From NCBI GenBank assembly GCA_963706575.1, contig CAVPNL010000015.1, positions 96,001 through 160,000 of the forward strand: a DNA stretch of 64,000 nt, written 5' to 3'. Source of the stretch: an uncultured delta proteobacterium. GTDB taxonomy: Bacteria > Desulfobacterota > Desulfobacteria > Desulfobacterales > JAHEIW01. The notes beneath the pieces are model-generated. The model was not told the DNA's origin, searched no databases, and saw nothing but the letters and a program-made list of their open reading frames with translations. A program made the translations under genes and the position numbers. Position 1 is the first letter of the stretch. Every line of letters begins with the position of its first letter. Positions 1 to 9,269 of the stretch are shown piece after piece.

Positions 1-689
1 GAGCCTTCGAATTTAACGATTAAATTGGGGCAAAAGGGTCGGGCCGAAATTTTGCTGACTGTCAAAGGAATACCCGCCCATGCGGCCTTTCCCGCTCGCG
101 GCAAAAATCCGATTCTTCTTGCCGCAAAAGGCGTTGGATGCACTGGAGAAAATCGAATTGCCGGAAGATCCTTTTATGGGGGAAGCCATCCTTGTGGCAA
201 CGGACATCATCAGTGATCCGTATCCATCGATCTCACTTATCCCCCCCCGGGTGGCAGTCCGTTTCGACCGGCGCACCCTACCGGGGGAAACTGAAGAAAT
301 CATTCTCAATCAAATCCTTAACGCACTCAAAAGCGTTGATGAAAATGCCTTTTCTCTTTCGGTAACCCGGGATACGGTCCAGACGTACACGGGAAAGGTT
401 ATCGAGGCTCCGCGTCTATTCGCGGCCTGGAAAGTAGAAAGGGACATCCCCCTGGTCAAAGCGGCGCAGGCCGGCGTAATTGCAGCAGGGCTGGAACCCC
501 AGTTCGGTTTTTGGGGATTCTGCACGAACGGCTCAGAAACTGCCGGAAAAAGAAAGATCCCCACGATCGGGCTGGGGCCCGGCCTAGAGGATGATGCGCA
601 CATTACCGATGAGTCCATCAGTGTTGAGGCATTGAGGCAAGCGAAAATCGCATATGAACATCTAGATGCTGAACCTTGCCACCGACTAA
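1..689 (+). CDS. M20/M25/M40 metallohydrolase (YgeY-like), 5'-partial, frameshifted
   Basis: Frame 1 reads EPSNLTIKLGQKGRAEILLTVKGIPAHAAFP. A +1 shift at ~126-131 (aaaagg) continues into ...FCTNGSETAGKRKIPTIGLGPGLEDDAHITDE, a typical M20 C-terminus. A probable second +1 shift at ~664 gives a TAA at 687-689. Confidence 0.75.
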
Positions 690-696
690 AAATGGT

Positions 697-877
697 TTCA
701 GGTGTCAGGTGTCAGTATAAAGATGACAGAAGACAGAGAAAAGATAGAAGTAGGGTCGGCCTCCGTGCCGACTTCAGATCGGCGGGCACCGAGACCCGCC
801 CTACCAGTCAATGCTGACACCTGAACACTGACACCCGCCTGCGCGGCCGTAGCCGCTTCGGCGCGGCGAAGGCCCGA
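697..877. repeat. Composite intergenic repeat: ggtgtca/tgacacc arms enclosing a GTAG-type REP doublet
   Basis: tcaggtgtcaggtgtcag ... ctgacacctgaacactgacacc enclosing gtagggtcggcctccgtgccgac and its inverted partner ggcgggcaccgagacccgccctac. Confidence 0.7.
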
Positions 878-907
878 AACCTTAAATAAAGAAAGGGTTG
901 TAGACCC

Positions 908-2092
908 ATGGATCACGTCCTCTGGTGTAATCGGCATCCGCTGGTATTACCGGATATCGTCAAAGGTGAAGGCTGCTACCTGTATGACCTTCAGGGCCGC
1001 AAATATCTCGATTTGGAATCGGGGATCTGGTGCCTGCCGCTCGGCCACTGCCACCCCCAAATTAATGATGCCATCCTGGCACAGGCCGGTATACTCGCGC
1101 ATTCCGGGTACTGCTACGCAAATCCAATTATGGAACAGGCATCCAGCACCGTATTGGACATTTTAAATATGCCGGATGGCAAGTGCGTATTTCTGAGCTC
1201 GGGGAGTGAGGCGGTGGAATTCGGGGTCCAGGCGCTGCAAAAAATTACGGACAAGCCGCTGATCCTCACCCTTTCCGACTCTTTTCTGGGGTCCTATGGC
1301 TCGGCCGGAAACAAGCGCAAGGATGAATGGTATCTATTTGATTGGCAGGAATGTTCGATTTGCAATTCTTCAGAAAAATGTAACCCGGAATGTCGCTATT
1401 TTTCAGAAATTCCGTTTAGTCGCATCGGGGGATTCGTATTTGAGCCCGGCAGTTCGTCGGGTCTTGTCAGGTTTCCGCCAAAATCATTCATCCAGAATAT
1501 CGTAAAATTTATCCGTCAGCATGATGGTTTCATACAGATCAATGAAATAACAACCGGGCTCGGGCGAACCGGCAAATGGTTCGGGTTTCAGCATTATGAC
1601 ATCAATCCCGATATTGCTTCCATGGGCAAGGGCCTGGGCAACGGTTATCCGGTAAGCGCCATCGCGATGACGCCGGAAATCATCGAACATTTGAGCAACA
1701 AGTCATTCTATTACTACCAATCTCATCAGAACGATCCGCTCGGATGTGCGGTCGCAAAAGCCGTTATCGAAATCCTGCATGAAGAAAAAATAATTGAAAA
1801 AAGTAAAGCGGTTGCAGACTATTTTCTTAACGAGCTGCAGCAATTAAAACAAAAATATTCAATCATTCAGGAAATCAGAGGCCGGGGGCTGATGTTCGCC
1901 ATTGAGTTTGAAGACACGCTGGCAGATGATTTATTATCTGATCTTTACGTGCAATGTATTCAGCGGGGGTTTATTCTGGCAAAGCGCCCGGGATTGAATG
2001 TATTTCGCCTGGATCCCCCCTTAATTATCCAGAAAGAAGATATCGATCAATTTCTGGAAACATTTGATCAACTTTTGGATGAATTAGGCTGA
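908..2092 (+). CDS. Class III PLP-dependent aminotransferase
   Basis: GEGCYLYDLQGRKYLD, LGHCHP, SGSEAVE, NEITTGLGRTG, MGKGLGNG (PLP Lys), RGRGLM. Confidence 0.9.
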   Translation: MDHVLWCNRHPLVLPDIVKGEGCYLYDLQGRKYLDLESGIWCLPLGHCHPQINDAILAQAGILAHSGYCYANPIMEQASSTVLDILNMPDGKCVFLSSGSEAVEFGVQALQKITDKPLILTLSDSFLGSYGSAGNKRKDEWYLFDWQECSICNSSEKCNPECRYFSEIPFSRIGGFVFEPGSSSGLVRFPPKSFIQNIVKFIRQHDGFIQINEITTGLGRTGKWFGFQHYDINPDIASMGKGLGNGYPVSAIAMTPEIIEHLSNKSFYYYQSHQNDPLGCAVAKAVIEILHEEKIIEKSKAVADYFLNELQQLKQKYSIIQEIRGRGLMFAIEFEDTLADDLLSDLYVQCIQRGFILAKRPGLNVFRLDPPLIIQKEDIDQFLETFDQLLDELG

Positions 2093-2309
2093 TGATGGGT
2101 CGCCGATGAGGCTTTTTCATGCATGAGATCGCATCGATTGCCGGTAAATCAGCCGGAATCATATCGCTTGCGGCATAAGTTCCTTTGTCAACCTGTTTGC
2201 CATTGAAAAGTGGATTTTCTCCATGGCCGTGTATCCGGTGTCAATGATTTTTCTAATCGGCATTGTGACGGTTTTTGTGTTGTGGACCAAGAGCTGCGGA
2301 TACTGAGGC

Positions 2310-2580
2310 GTGTTGCCCATCCGTCATTCCCGCGCAGCAGACTGTGTCATAATTCAAAAAATCGGTTGATTCTTGCCCGTCATGCCGGACTGATCCGGCA
2401 TCCAGTAGCATAACATACTGAAAGAAAGATGATTCGGGTCAAGCCCGGAATGACAAATCAGCAGGAATTGTCGCTTTGTCAATTGCGACACAGTCTGGCA
2501 GGCGGGAATCCAGGCGTCTTTGAACTGGACTCCCGCCTGCGCGGGAGTGACGTTTTGTAACTTATTTGTAGGACACTACA
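2310..2580. mobile_element. Palindromic MITE-like element (copy 1) interrupted by a 160-bp nested MITE (2338-2497)
   Basis: Matches 7271-7380. The inner element has 17-bp TIRs cagactgtgtcataatt / aattgcgacacagtctg and a GCAG target duplication at 2334-2337 and 2498-2501. Confidence 0.8.
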
Positions 2581-4065
2581 TTAAGCATCAATGCCCTTTT
2601 CTTTTTCATAGGCAGCGACAATCTCTTTCATGCGATCGGCAGCGCCTTCGGGCAACGCCCTGGGCTCGTGATTAGACAGCAGTTCTGTCGCTTTTTCCCT
2701 GGCGCGTTCATACAAGCTCTGGCGGCCTGCGCCGACCCACTGCTCATAACCCGTGCGGCAGAAAAGACCGGCTTCAGACATATCGCGCATATGATTGAAC
2801 GTATGGTCATGCTGCAAATAATTGCCACCGGGCCCCACCTGATCGATAACATCAAGAGCCAGCGTCTCCTCGTTTATCTGGATGCCTTCGATCATCTTGC
2901 GAATGTAACGAAACATTTCATGGTCAATCACCATTTTGCCATAGTCAAAGGTGAGTATGGAGTTGATGCTGCCGCCGCCCATAATGATGTTTGCACCGGC
3001 GAGGGCTAAAAACAGGGCGTTCAGGGTACCTTCAAGAATCGCCTGGGCATCGACGATCTTGCTGTCGTTATACCCGGCCCCCCCAGCCCAGTATGGCAAT
3101 CGATAGTATTGGGCTAACTGGGCGCTGGCCGCGTTGATTAGGCCCGTCTCAGGGGCGCCGAGGGCACCGAGACCGGTTTTGAGGTCCATCATCACGCTGG
3201 TCTGTGAATAGGTGTAAGGCGCCCCCTTGTTGGCCAACTGGTTCAGCACCAGCAGGCTGAGAATCTCGGCGTTGGATTGCACCAGCGTCCCGGCCAGCGT
3301 CACCGGTGAGGTTCCCCCGGCCATCGTCATGGAAATACCGACCACATTAACGCCCTGGCGGGCAGCCGCAATGGTGATATCAGAGCAAGTCGCCAGGATG
3401 AACAGGGGCGAGCTGACCGTTAAATTCATCGTAATGCAGGGCCGATCGTTGAACGTATCAAGGCTACCGCAGCACTCGGCAGCCATCTGAACAATACGGT
3501 TGAATTTTTCGACACTGCCGGCACAGCCCATAATATGCTTGGAGGTGTTAGCCAGCATGGCTTCAAAGTTATGCAGCTGGATGCTTTCAGTCGGGCAATC
3601 GGTCGGCAGTCCCGCCCGCTCGAAAACCATCACTTCGTCCAGCGCATCACATAACCTGGCGACATCGGCGCTGTCCTGCTTTACAAACGGCCGCGTATCA
3701 CCGCTTTTCAGATCGACCACACTGGGAACCACGCCGACGTTTGTGAAACTATAACGATTGGGTTCGGCCACAAAGTCATCTTCAGGCGTTCGGCCATAAA
3801 ACGTAATGGTGCTCGGAGCGGATTGAATGCTGTCCTCAACCAGGTGGGCCGGAATTTTTACCAGGGCATATCCATCACTTTTCTGCACCGCGGCACCGCC
3901 GGATTCGAATAATTCGGCTGCCAGCCGGCTTTCGACTTTGACGCCCGTTCTTTTGAGTACCTGCAGCGTGGCATAATGCAGTGAGTCAAGCTCATCATTG
4001 GATAACAGTTTTAATCCACTGGATGCCATTGAATCAAACCCGGCTTTGGTTCCATATTTGGCCAT
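2581..4065 (-). CDS. Trimethylamine methyltransferase (MttB) superfamily protein, non-pyrrolysine
   Basis: SPVTLAGTLVQSNAEIL, GAPETGLI, DSKIVDAQA, ETLALDVIDQVGPGGNYL. Tyr (TAT, 3070-3072) is at the approximate Pyl position and there is no in-frame TAG. Confidence 0.92.
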   Translation of the reverse strand: MAKYGTKAGFDSMASSGLKLLSNDELDSLHYATLQVLKRTGVKVESRLAAELFESGGAAVQKSDGYALVKIPAHLVEDSIQSAPSTITFYGRTPEDDFVAEPNRYSFTNVGVVPSVVDLKSGDTRPFVKQDSADVARLCDALDEVMVFERAGLPTDCPTESIQLHNFEAMLANTSKHIMGCAGSVEKFNRIVQMAAECCGSLDTFNDRPCITMNLTVSSPLFILATCSDITIAAARQGVNVVGISMTMAGGTSPVTLAGTLVQSNAEILSLLVLNQLANKGAPYTYSQTSVMMDLKTGLGALGAPETGLINAASAQLAQYYRLPYWAGGAGYNDSKIVDAQAILEGTLNALFLALAGANIIMGGGSINSILTFDYGKMVIDHEMFRYIRKMIEGIQINEETLALDVIDQVGPGGNYLQHDHTFNHMRDMSEAGLFCRTGYEQWVGAGRQSLYERAREKATELLSNHEPRALPEGAADRMKEIVAAYEKEKGIDA

Positions 4066-4172
4066 GGTGATTTTCCTTTCTTTAAGGTTTGCTCCCGTTT
4101 AACCATCACCGGGAGCAAAAATCAATCCAAAGTCTGAAAAGAAATATATGTAATTAATACAGATAGCTAATA

Positions 4173-4328
4173 TAAATTTACGGATCTATAACCAATAAAA
4201 AGGATTAATAATAATTAATTGTAATTTCTATGGGTTATAGGACATTGAGATGCCTACTGGGAAAATTCCAAATTCTTTAGTTTTTAAAGCGTTACGAAAA
4301 TTTAGTCTTCTTTTGGGTTATAGTTCCG
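4173..4328. mobile_element. IS-end remnant / mini-element
   Basis: cggatctataaccaataaaaagg (4181) and inverted ttttgggttatagttccg (4311-4328); same end sequence as 6665-6957. Confidence 0.65.
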
Positions 4329-4513
4329 AAATATTATAACCGATTTAATTTCAAGCGGCGCGAAATTTGAGTTTTATGTTGGAATTAAAGCATCCTTATA
4401 CAAGGCAACCTAAAATAATCACCTGTATGTATACCCATCAAACTGCTGCTTCCCCCAAGAGGATACGCACATAAAAAACGAGGCACTTCTTTTATGATAT
4501 TGATTATTTTTTC

Positions 4514-4557
4514 TTGACAAGATGGTGTAGTGATATAGTGATGTCATCACTATATCA
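4514..4557 (+). promoter_or_regulatory. TTGACA box plus perfect 13-bp inverted repeat, probable GntR/FadR operator
   Basis: TTGACA at 4514-4519; tgatatagtgatg-t-catcactatatca at 4531-4557, upstream of the GntR gene. Confidence 0.6.
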
Positions 4558-4602
4558 TTCATAAGCTAAATAGTAACCATAAGACTCACGGAGGGGAGCA
4601 CA

Positions 4603-5307
4603 ATGTTTAAAACAATGGAAAGACCACGAAAAATTTACTGCGATGTTGCGCTACAAATTGAAGACGCTATTGTTTCTGGAGAACTCCGCGAGGACGAAAT
4701 ACTTCCCAGCGAACGAAGTCTTGCCATAACATTTGGAATAAGCCAGAGGACACTTAGGGAAGCGCTGCGAATACTAGAGGAGAAGGGGCTTGTTGAAACC
4801 AAACAAACCGGTAACATGGTTAAGTTGCCGACCACAGATAAAATTAGTCAGAGTTTGGATCTATTAATCAGGTTGAATAAAGTTTCCGCGGCTCATCTTC
4901 TCGAATTACGTGATCACCTTGACCCAGGCATAGCAAAAAAAGCCGCTCAGCGTGCTAGCGCAGAGGACATAAAGAAACTAGAACAATATCTTTCAGATAT
5001 AGAACGAAACCTAAATAGCCCGGAATTTGATTGGGATCTGATGTTAGAGAATGACCGAAAAATGCACATCTGTATAGCCGAAATAACTGGGAATCAACTT
5101 TATGTTTGGCTAACAACAACTCTTATTGATCAGTTTTATAATTATATCAATAGTTGGAAGAATGAAGATATGGTAACCGCAAGTGAAAACTTTCAGTCTC
5201 TCTCTCGGATAGTAGACGCATTAAGAAGTCGAGACCCCAAGGCGGCATTATTAGAGGCTAAAAAACATGTTAAAATAGGTAAGAAGCATATAAAAGTTGT
5301 TGCCTGA
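4603..5307 (+). CDS. GntR/FadR family transcriptional regulator
   Basis: wHTH LPSERSLAITFGISQRTLREAL plus C-terminal FCD domain. Confidence 0.92.
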   Translation: MFKTMERPRKIYCDVALQIEDAIVSGELREDEILPSERSLAITFGISQRTLREALRILEEKGLVETKQTGNMVKLPTTDKISQSLDLLIRLNKVSAAHLLELRDHLDPGIAKKAAQRASAEDIKKLEQYLSDIERNLNSPEFDWDLMLENDRKMHICIAEITGNQLYVWLTTTLIDQFYNYINSWKNEDMVTASENFQSLSRIVDALRSRDPKAALLEAKKHVKIGKKHIKVVA

Positions 5308-5397
5308 TAGGACTACAAAGAATTCGTATGTGTTTTGGAGGATGTTACTTAAAATATAATAATGTAGCCCTAATAAATTAAAAGAAAGGAGATTGCA

Positions 5398-6492
5398 ATG
5401 ATTGACAAAAGAAGAATTGCAGTTCTGGGTGGAGGGCATGGCGCTCACGCGATGGCCGCCGATTTTGTATCGCGAGGATTCAAAGTAAACATGTATGAGA
5501 TGCCTGAGTTTAAAGATAATATTAAGCAGCTATTTGAAACAAAAACGATTGAAGCAGAAGGAAGTATAAAGGGTAAGTATGCTATAGAAAAAATAACATC
5601 AGATATTGAAGAAGCAATTGAAGGTGTAGGATATATTACCGTCGTTACGCCTGCTTTTGCCCATAAAGGGTATGCCAACCTACTTAAGGGGAAAGTTAGC
5701 AAAGAACAGATAATAGTACTTTATCCAGGGGCATTTGGCGGGCTAATATTCAAGAATATATTTGGAGAAAATGAATGTCCGATAATCGCTGAAACAAATA
5801 CTCTGCCCTATGATACGCGATTGAGTGGCCCCTGCAAGGTGATCATACATGGTTTCAATGATACAAATATTGCATTTATGCCGGGAGAGAAGGGACCGGA
5901 ATTGCTTGATGAATTACGGAAGCTTCATCCCTTCGTTAGGGCGTATAATGATATAATGGAGGCAGGCTTGAGTAATATAAATCCGACTGTTCATGCAGGC
6001 CTCTGCCTTTTTAGTATAAATGATATTGAGAATTGGCCCAAAAGACCATTCTTTTTATATGAGCATGGTGTGACTAGGTCTTCAGCAAAATTTGATCTCG
6101 TTCTTGAGAATGAACGAAAAATGATTGGGGAAAAATTTGGATATAAACTTACGGCTCTTAATGATCTTTTAGGCTTAAGGGAAGGATACGCTTGGCAAGA
6201 CCTGTATCAAGGCATTCATGGTAATATTTCTTTAACTCCGATTAGTGGACCTCATGATATATTTAATCGATATTTTACGGAAGATGTGCCATATGGTTTT
6301 GTTCCGTGGAGTTACTTGGGGAGGTTGGTTGGTGTTGAAACAAAATATATGGATATAGTAGTCAATATTTACAATATAATCCATGACAAGGATTGGTGGA
6401 AAGAAGGGTGGAATATTAGTGATCTCGGTCTGGAGGGAATGAATGTTCCACAGATAAAGAATTATTTGACTACAGGCAAGAAAAACATTTAA
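5398..6492 (+). CDS. NAD/NADP octopine/nopaline (opine) dehydrogenase family protein
   Basis: Rossmann motif VLGGGHGAHAMAAD, LSNINPTVH, RYFTEDVPYG. Confidence 0.9.
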   Translation: MIDKRRIAVLGGGHGAHAMAADFVSRGFKVNMYEMPEFKDNIKQLFETKTIEAEGSIKGKYAIEKITSDIEEAIEGVGYITVVTPAFAHKGYANLLKGKVSKEQIIVLYPGAFGGLIFKNIFGENECPIIAETNTLPYDTRLSGPCKVIIHGFNDTNIAFMPGEKGPELLDELRKLHPFVRAYNDIMEAGLSNINPTVHAGLCLFSINDIENWPKRPFFLYEHGVTRSSAKFDLVLENERKMIGEKFGYKLTALNDLLGLREGYAWQDLYQGIHGNISLTPISGPHDIFNRYFTEDVPYGFVPWSYLGRLVGVETKYMDIVVNIYNIIHDKDWWKEGWNISDLGLEGMNVPQIKNYLTTGKKNI

Positions 6493-6506
6493 GGAAAGGA
6501 GGAAAT

Positions 6507-6698
6507 ATGAATACGTCTAAAATGAAAGGAATCGCTATTTTATTGGTTTTTGCCGTTTGTATGATCGTGGTGCCCGTAATCAGCCAGGCAGCTGAGGCGA
6601 AATATAAGATAAAATTAGGTTCTCATCACCCAGATAGTCATGCAGCTATTCAAACATTAAAAAACGGAATTATAACCCATAAAAAGGCTGCTTTTTAG
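6507..6698 (+). pseudogene. Truncated TRAP (DctP-like) substrate-binding protein
   Basis: Strong RBS, signal peptide and YKIKLGSHHPDSH N-terminus, cut off at the IS-like end at 6665. Confidence 0.65.
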
Positions 6699-6957
6699 TC
6701 AAACAGGTTCAAGGCACAAAATACCGCCATTTAATGATCTTCGTAACTGTCTACCGGAAGCACGAGATAGAAGTGATTTAAACTTTATTATAACCGACAT
6801 TGGTTTCATGACCAGTTTGAGGTCACCTTTGCAAATTTTGCTCTGAGTGATCGATGTTCATAATATCTCCTCCTTTTTTTGAGGAGATATTACCAAACTA
6901 GTTTGTCACATCAGGACAATTTGCAGCCTTTTTCTGGGTTATAGTTCCGTAAATTTA
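6665..6957. mobile_element. Internally deleted IS / MITE
   Basis: 27-bp TIRs cggaattataacccataaaaaggctgc (6665) / gcagcctttttctgggttatagttccg (6923-6949). An RBS and ATG remnant lie inside on the - strand. Confidence 0.75.
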
Positions 6958-6976
6958 AGGCTCAACCCGTTTTTTG

Positions 6977-7206
6977 TTGATGCTAAATTGCATCAATAAA
7001 AAATTAAGTGTTTGAAAATAATTAGTTTTTTTATTTGTTATCCTTGATGCTATATGGCATCAAAAAATCTATCAGTATCTCAGAGAGTTATTTTTATTGC
7101 GATGCGAGTTTGCATCAAAGCTACTGTGGCCCTTTTCCCTAAACAAACGTAACTATTTATAATTACATAAAATTTTTTATTAACCCATCATTGGCATGCA
7201 TTTTGT
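6977..7206 (+). promoter_or_regulatory. Sigma54-type promoter with three upstream palindromic enhancer-like sites
   Basis: (T)GATGC-N6-GCATCAA at 6977-6996, 7044-7063 and 7099-7118; TGGCATGCATTTTGT at 7192-7206 (GG-N10-GT, -24/-12 spacing). Confidence 0.7.
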
Positions 7207-7220
7207 TAATTAATTTATGA

Positions 7221-7385
7221 TAGTGCTGTGTCCCAGAAATATTGTCTAAAATATTACTAGGTACTGAGACGTGTTACCCATCCGTCATTCCCGCGCAGGC
7301 GGGAATCCAGGCGTCTTTGAACTGGACTCCCGCTTGGGCGGGAGTGATGATCATTTTGTAACTTATTTGTAGGACACAACACTAG
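7221..7385. mobile_element. Palindromic MITE-like element (copy 2, uninterrupted)
   Basis: Ends tagtgctgtgtcccagaaata / tatttgtaggacacaacactag; core gtcattcccgcgcaggcgggaatccag...ctggactcccgcttgggcgggagtga. Confidence 0.75.
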
Positions 7386-7437
7386 TGGCAAAATTTAAAT
7401 TCTCTTTCCCCCTAATAAACGATTGATAGACTTATAA

Positions 7438-8745
7438 GTGATGAATCAGCAAGGCTCTCGTAAACGCTGGCGGCATTTGGTCATTGGCAACAGTGCGGCA
7501 GCCCTGAACGCGGTTAAAGCCATACGCGAAAACAATTCCACTGACCACATCACATTGGTTTCGGCCGAGAGTCATTATGCCTATTCACCGGTTCTGCTAC
7601 CCTACTATGTTTCCAAAAAAATCAAAAGATCAGCCCTGTTTCTGGCGGATGAAAGCTTTTATCAACAAAATGGGGTTGAGCTGATCCTTGGCAATCCGGC
7701 CACCCGGGTCGATCCGAAAAACCGGCAAGTGGCCCTCGCCAATGACGATGTTTTGGAATACGACAATTTGCTGATTGCAACGGGATCTTCTCCCAAACCG
7801 CTGGGCATACCGGGCGAAGAACTGGCGGGCGTATTCACCTTAAAAACCGTTGACGATGCCGATAAACTGGTCAAGGCCGCCGCTGGGATGGCGGACATTG
7901 TCATCATCGGGGGAGGTTTGATCGGTTTGCAGGCGGCAAACGCCTTATACGCGGCGGGCCGCAATATCAGGATTGTTATCGGCTCCAGACAACCGCTTTC
8001 GCGCAACGTGGACCCTTCCTGTGCTGAAAATGTCTGCCAGGGTATCCGCGAATGCGGGATGTCCATTTTATTTGAAACCCACGCCGTCTCCATTGGAAAA
8101 GCAAAAAACAAATTGAACGTCGAGTTGAGTTCAAATAATACACTCGAGGCCGACGCCGTTATTATCGGAAAGGGCGTCAGCGCCAATACGCAGCTCGTTG
8201 CCGAAAGTGAAATTGAAGTCAACTACGGCATCCTCGTTGATGAAACCATGCGCACCAATGTGCCGAATGTTTTTGCCGCCGGCGATGTCGCCGAGGGGTT
8301 AAATTTAATTACCGGGCAAAGACAGGTGATTGCCACCTGGCCGAATGCCTGTTCACAGGGCCGAACCGCCGGGATCAACATGGCGGGCGGTGTGGACAAA
8401 AACGAGGGCCTCAGCAGCAACATCTGCGGTTTTTTAGGAAGTACGGTTGCATCGGTGGGAATTACGAATCCTGAAAATGGTGATTTTGAAGAGGTGGTCT
8501 TCCAAGATCCGGCCAAAGGGCGGTATCGAAAACTGGTCTGGAATAAAAACGACGAACTGGTGGGTGCCGTCTTAATGGGCAAGGTCGCAGATATCGGGGT
8601 TATCACTAGCCTAATCAGGAACCGGGTCAAGGTCCCCAGAGAAAAGCGGGATCAAATGGCTCGATCGACCATAAAATATGGGGATTACTTCTCACAAAAG
8701 ACTGGTCGCTTGAATATCGCGGCAAGATGCCGCTCCCACAATTGA
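7438..8745 (+). CDS. NAD(P)/FAD-dependent oxidoreductase (AorC-like)
   Basis: VIGNSAAA, YDNLLIATGS, IIGGGLIG, TNVPNVFAAGDVAE. Confidence 0.9.
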   Translation: MMNQQGSRKRWRHLVIGNSAAALNAVKAIRENNSTDHITLVSAESHYAYSPVLLPYYVSKKIKRSALFLADESFYQQNGVELILGNPATRVDPKNRQVALANDDVLEYDNLLIATGSSPKPLGIPGEELAGVFTLKTVDDADKLVKAAAGMADIVIIGGGLIGLQAANALYAAGRNIRIVIGSRQPLSRNVDPSCAENVCQGIRECGMSILFETHAVSIGKAKNKLNVELSSNNTLEADAVIIGKGVSANTQLVAESEIEVNYGILVDETMRTNVPNVFAAGDVAEGLNLITGQRQVIATWPNACSQGRTAGINMAGGVDKNEGLSSNICGFLGSTVASVGITNPENGDFEEVVFQDPAKGRYRKLVWNKNDELVGAVLMGKVADIGVITSLIRNRVKVPREKRDQMARSTIKYGDYFSQKTGRLNIAARCRSHN

Positions 8746-8835
8746 CAAGGCGATGTGTGGATCCCGCTAAACGGGAGAATAATTGCCGTGATCTACCATC
8801 TTTGAGATGGGTCTAATAAAAATGGGAAGTTTGAG

Positions 8836-9084
8836 ATGATCTCGATAACGGTTAAAATCCACCACGGCTTCAAAAAATTATTGCCGGCCGGTATGAAGAC
8901 GGGCGACCCTTTTGATATTTCCCTTGAGGACAATACGGCCGTCGGGGATTTGCTGCGGGACAAAATCAAACTTCCAGTGGATATGCCAAAATTAATTTTA
9001 ATAAATGGCCTGCACAGCAAAGAAAAGCAAGCTCTGAAAGATGGAGATAAAGTCAGTTTATTCATGCCGATGGCGGGGGGCTGA
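8836..9084 (+). CDS. MoaD/ThiS family sulfur carrier
   Basis: Ubiquitin-like size; C-terminus LKDGDKVSLFMPMAGG. Confidence 0.9.
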   Translation: MISITVKIHHGFKKLLPAGMKTGDPFDISLEDNTAVGDLLRDKIKLPVDMPKLILINGLHSKEKQALKDGDKVSLFMPMAGG

Positions 9085-9269
9085 GTGCAGATTTGTTCTC
9101 GGAACAACACCAGTCAGCTGTAGGCACGAATCGTAATAATCTCAACCTCGTATTAATTTTCATGCATATTTTAGAGTTAATTTTAGATAGAAGTGGTTTC
9201 AAAACCTCAGATCAGGTTTCCCGCTTTAACGCGGGATTGCACATCTTTTTAAGCAAATTAAGGTGTGCA

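Noticed and set aside
690..817. C-terminal extension of the 80..817 ORF
   Set aside because: Runs through intergenic repeat DNA; likely a frameshift artefact
8700..8835. Possible Moco/tungsten riboswitch upstream of moaD
   Set aside because: Only short local stems; I could not match the consensus by eye and an Rfam search is needed
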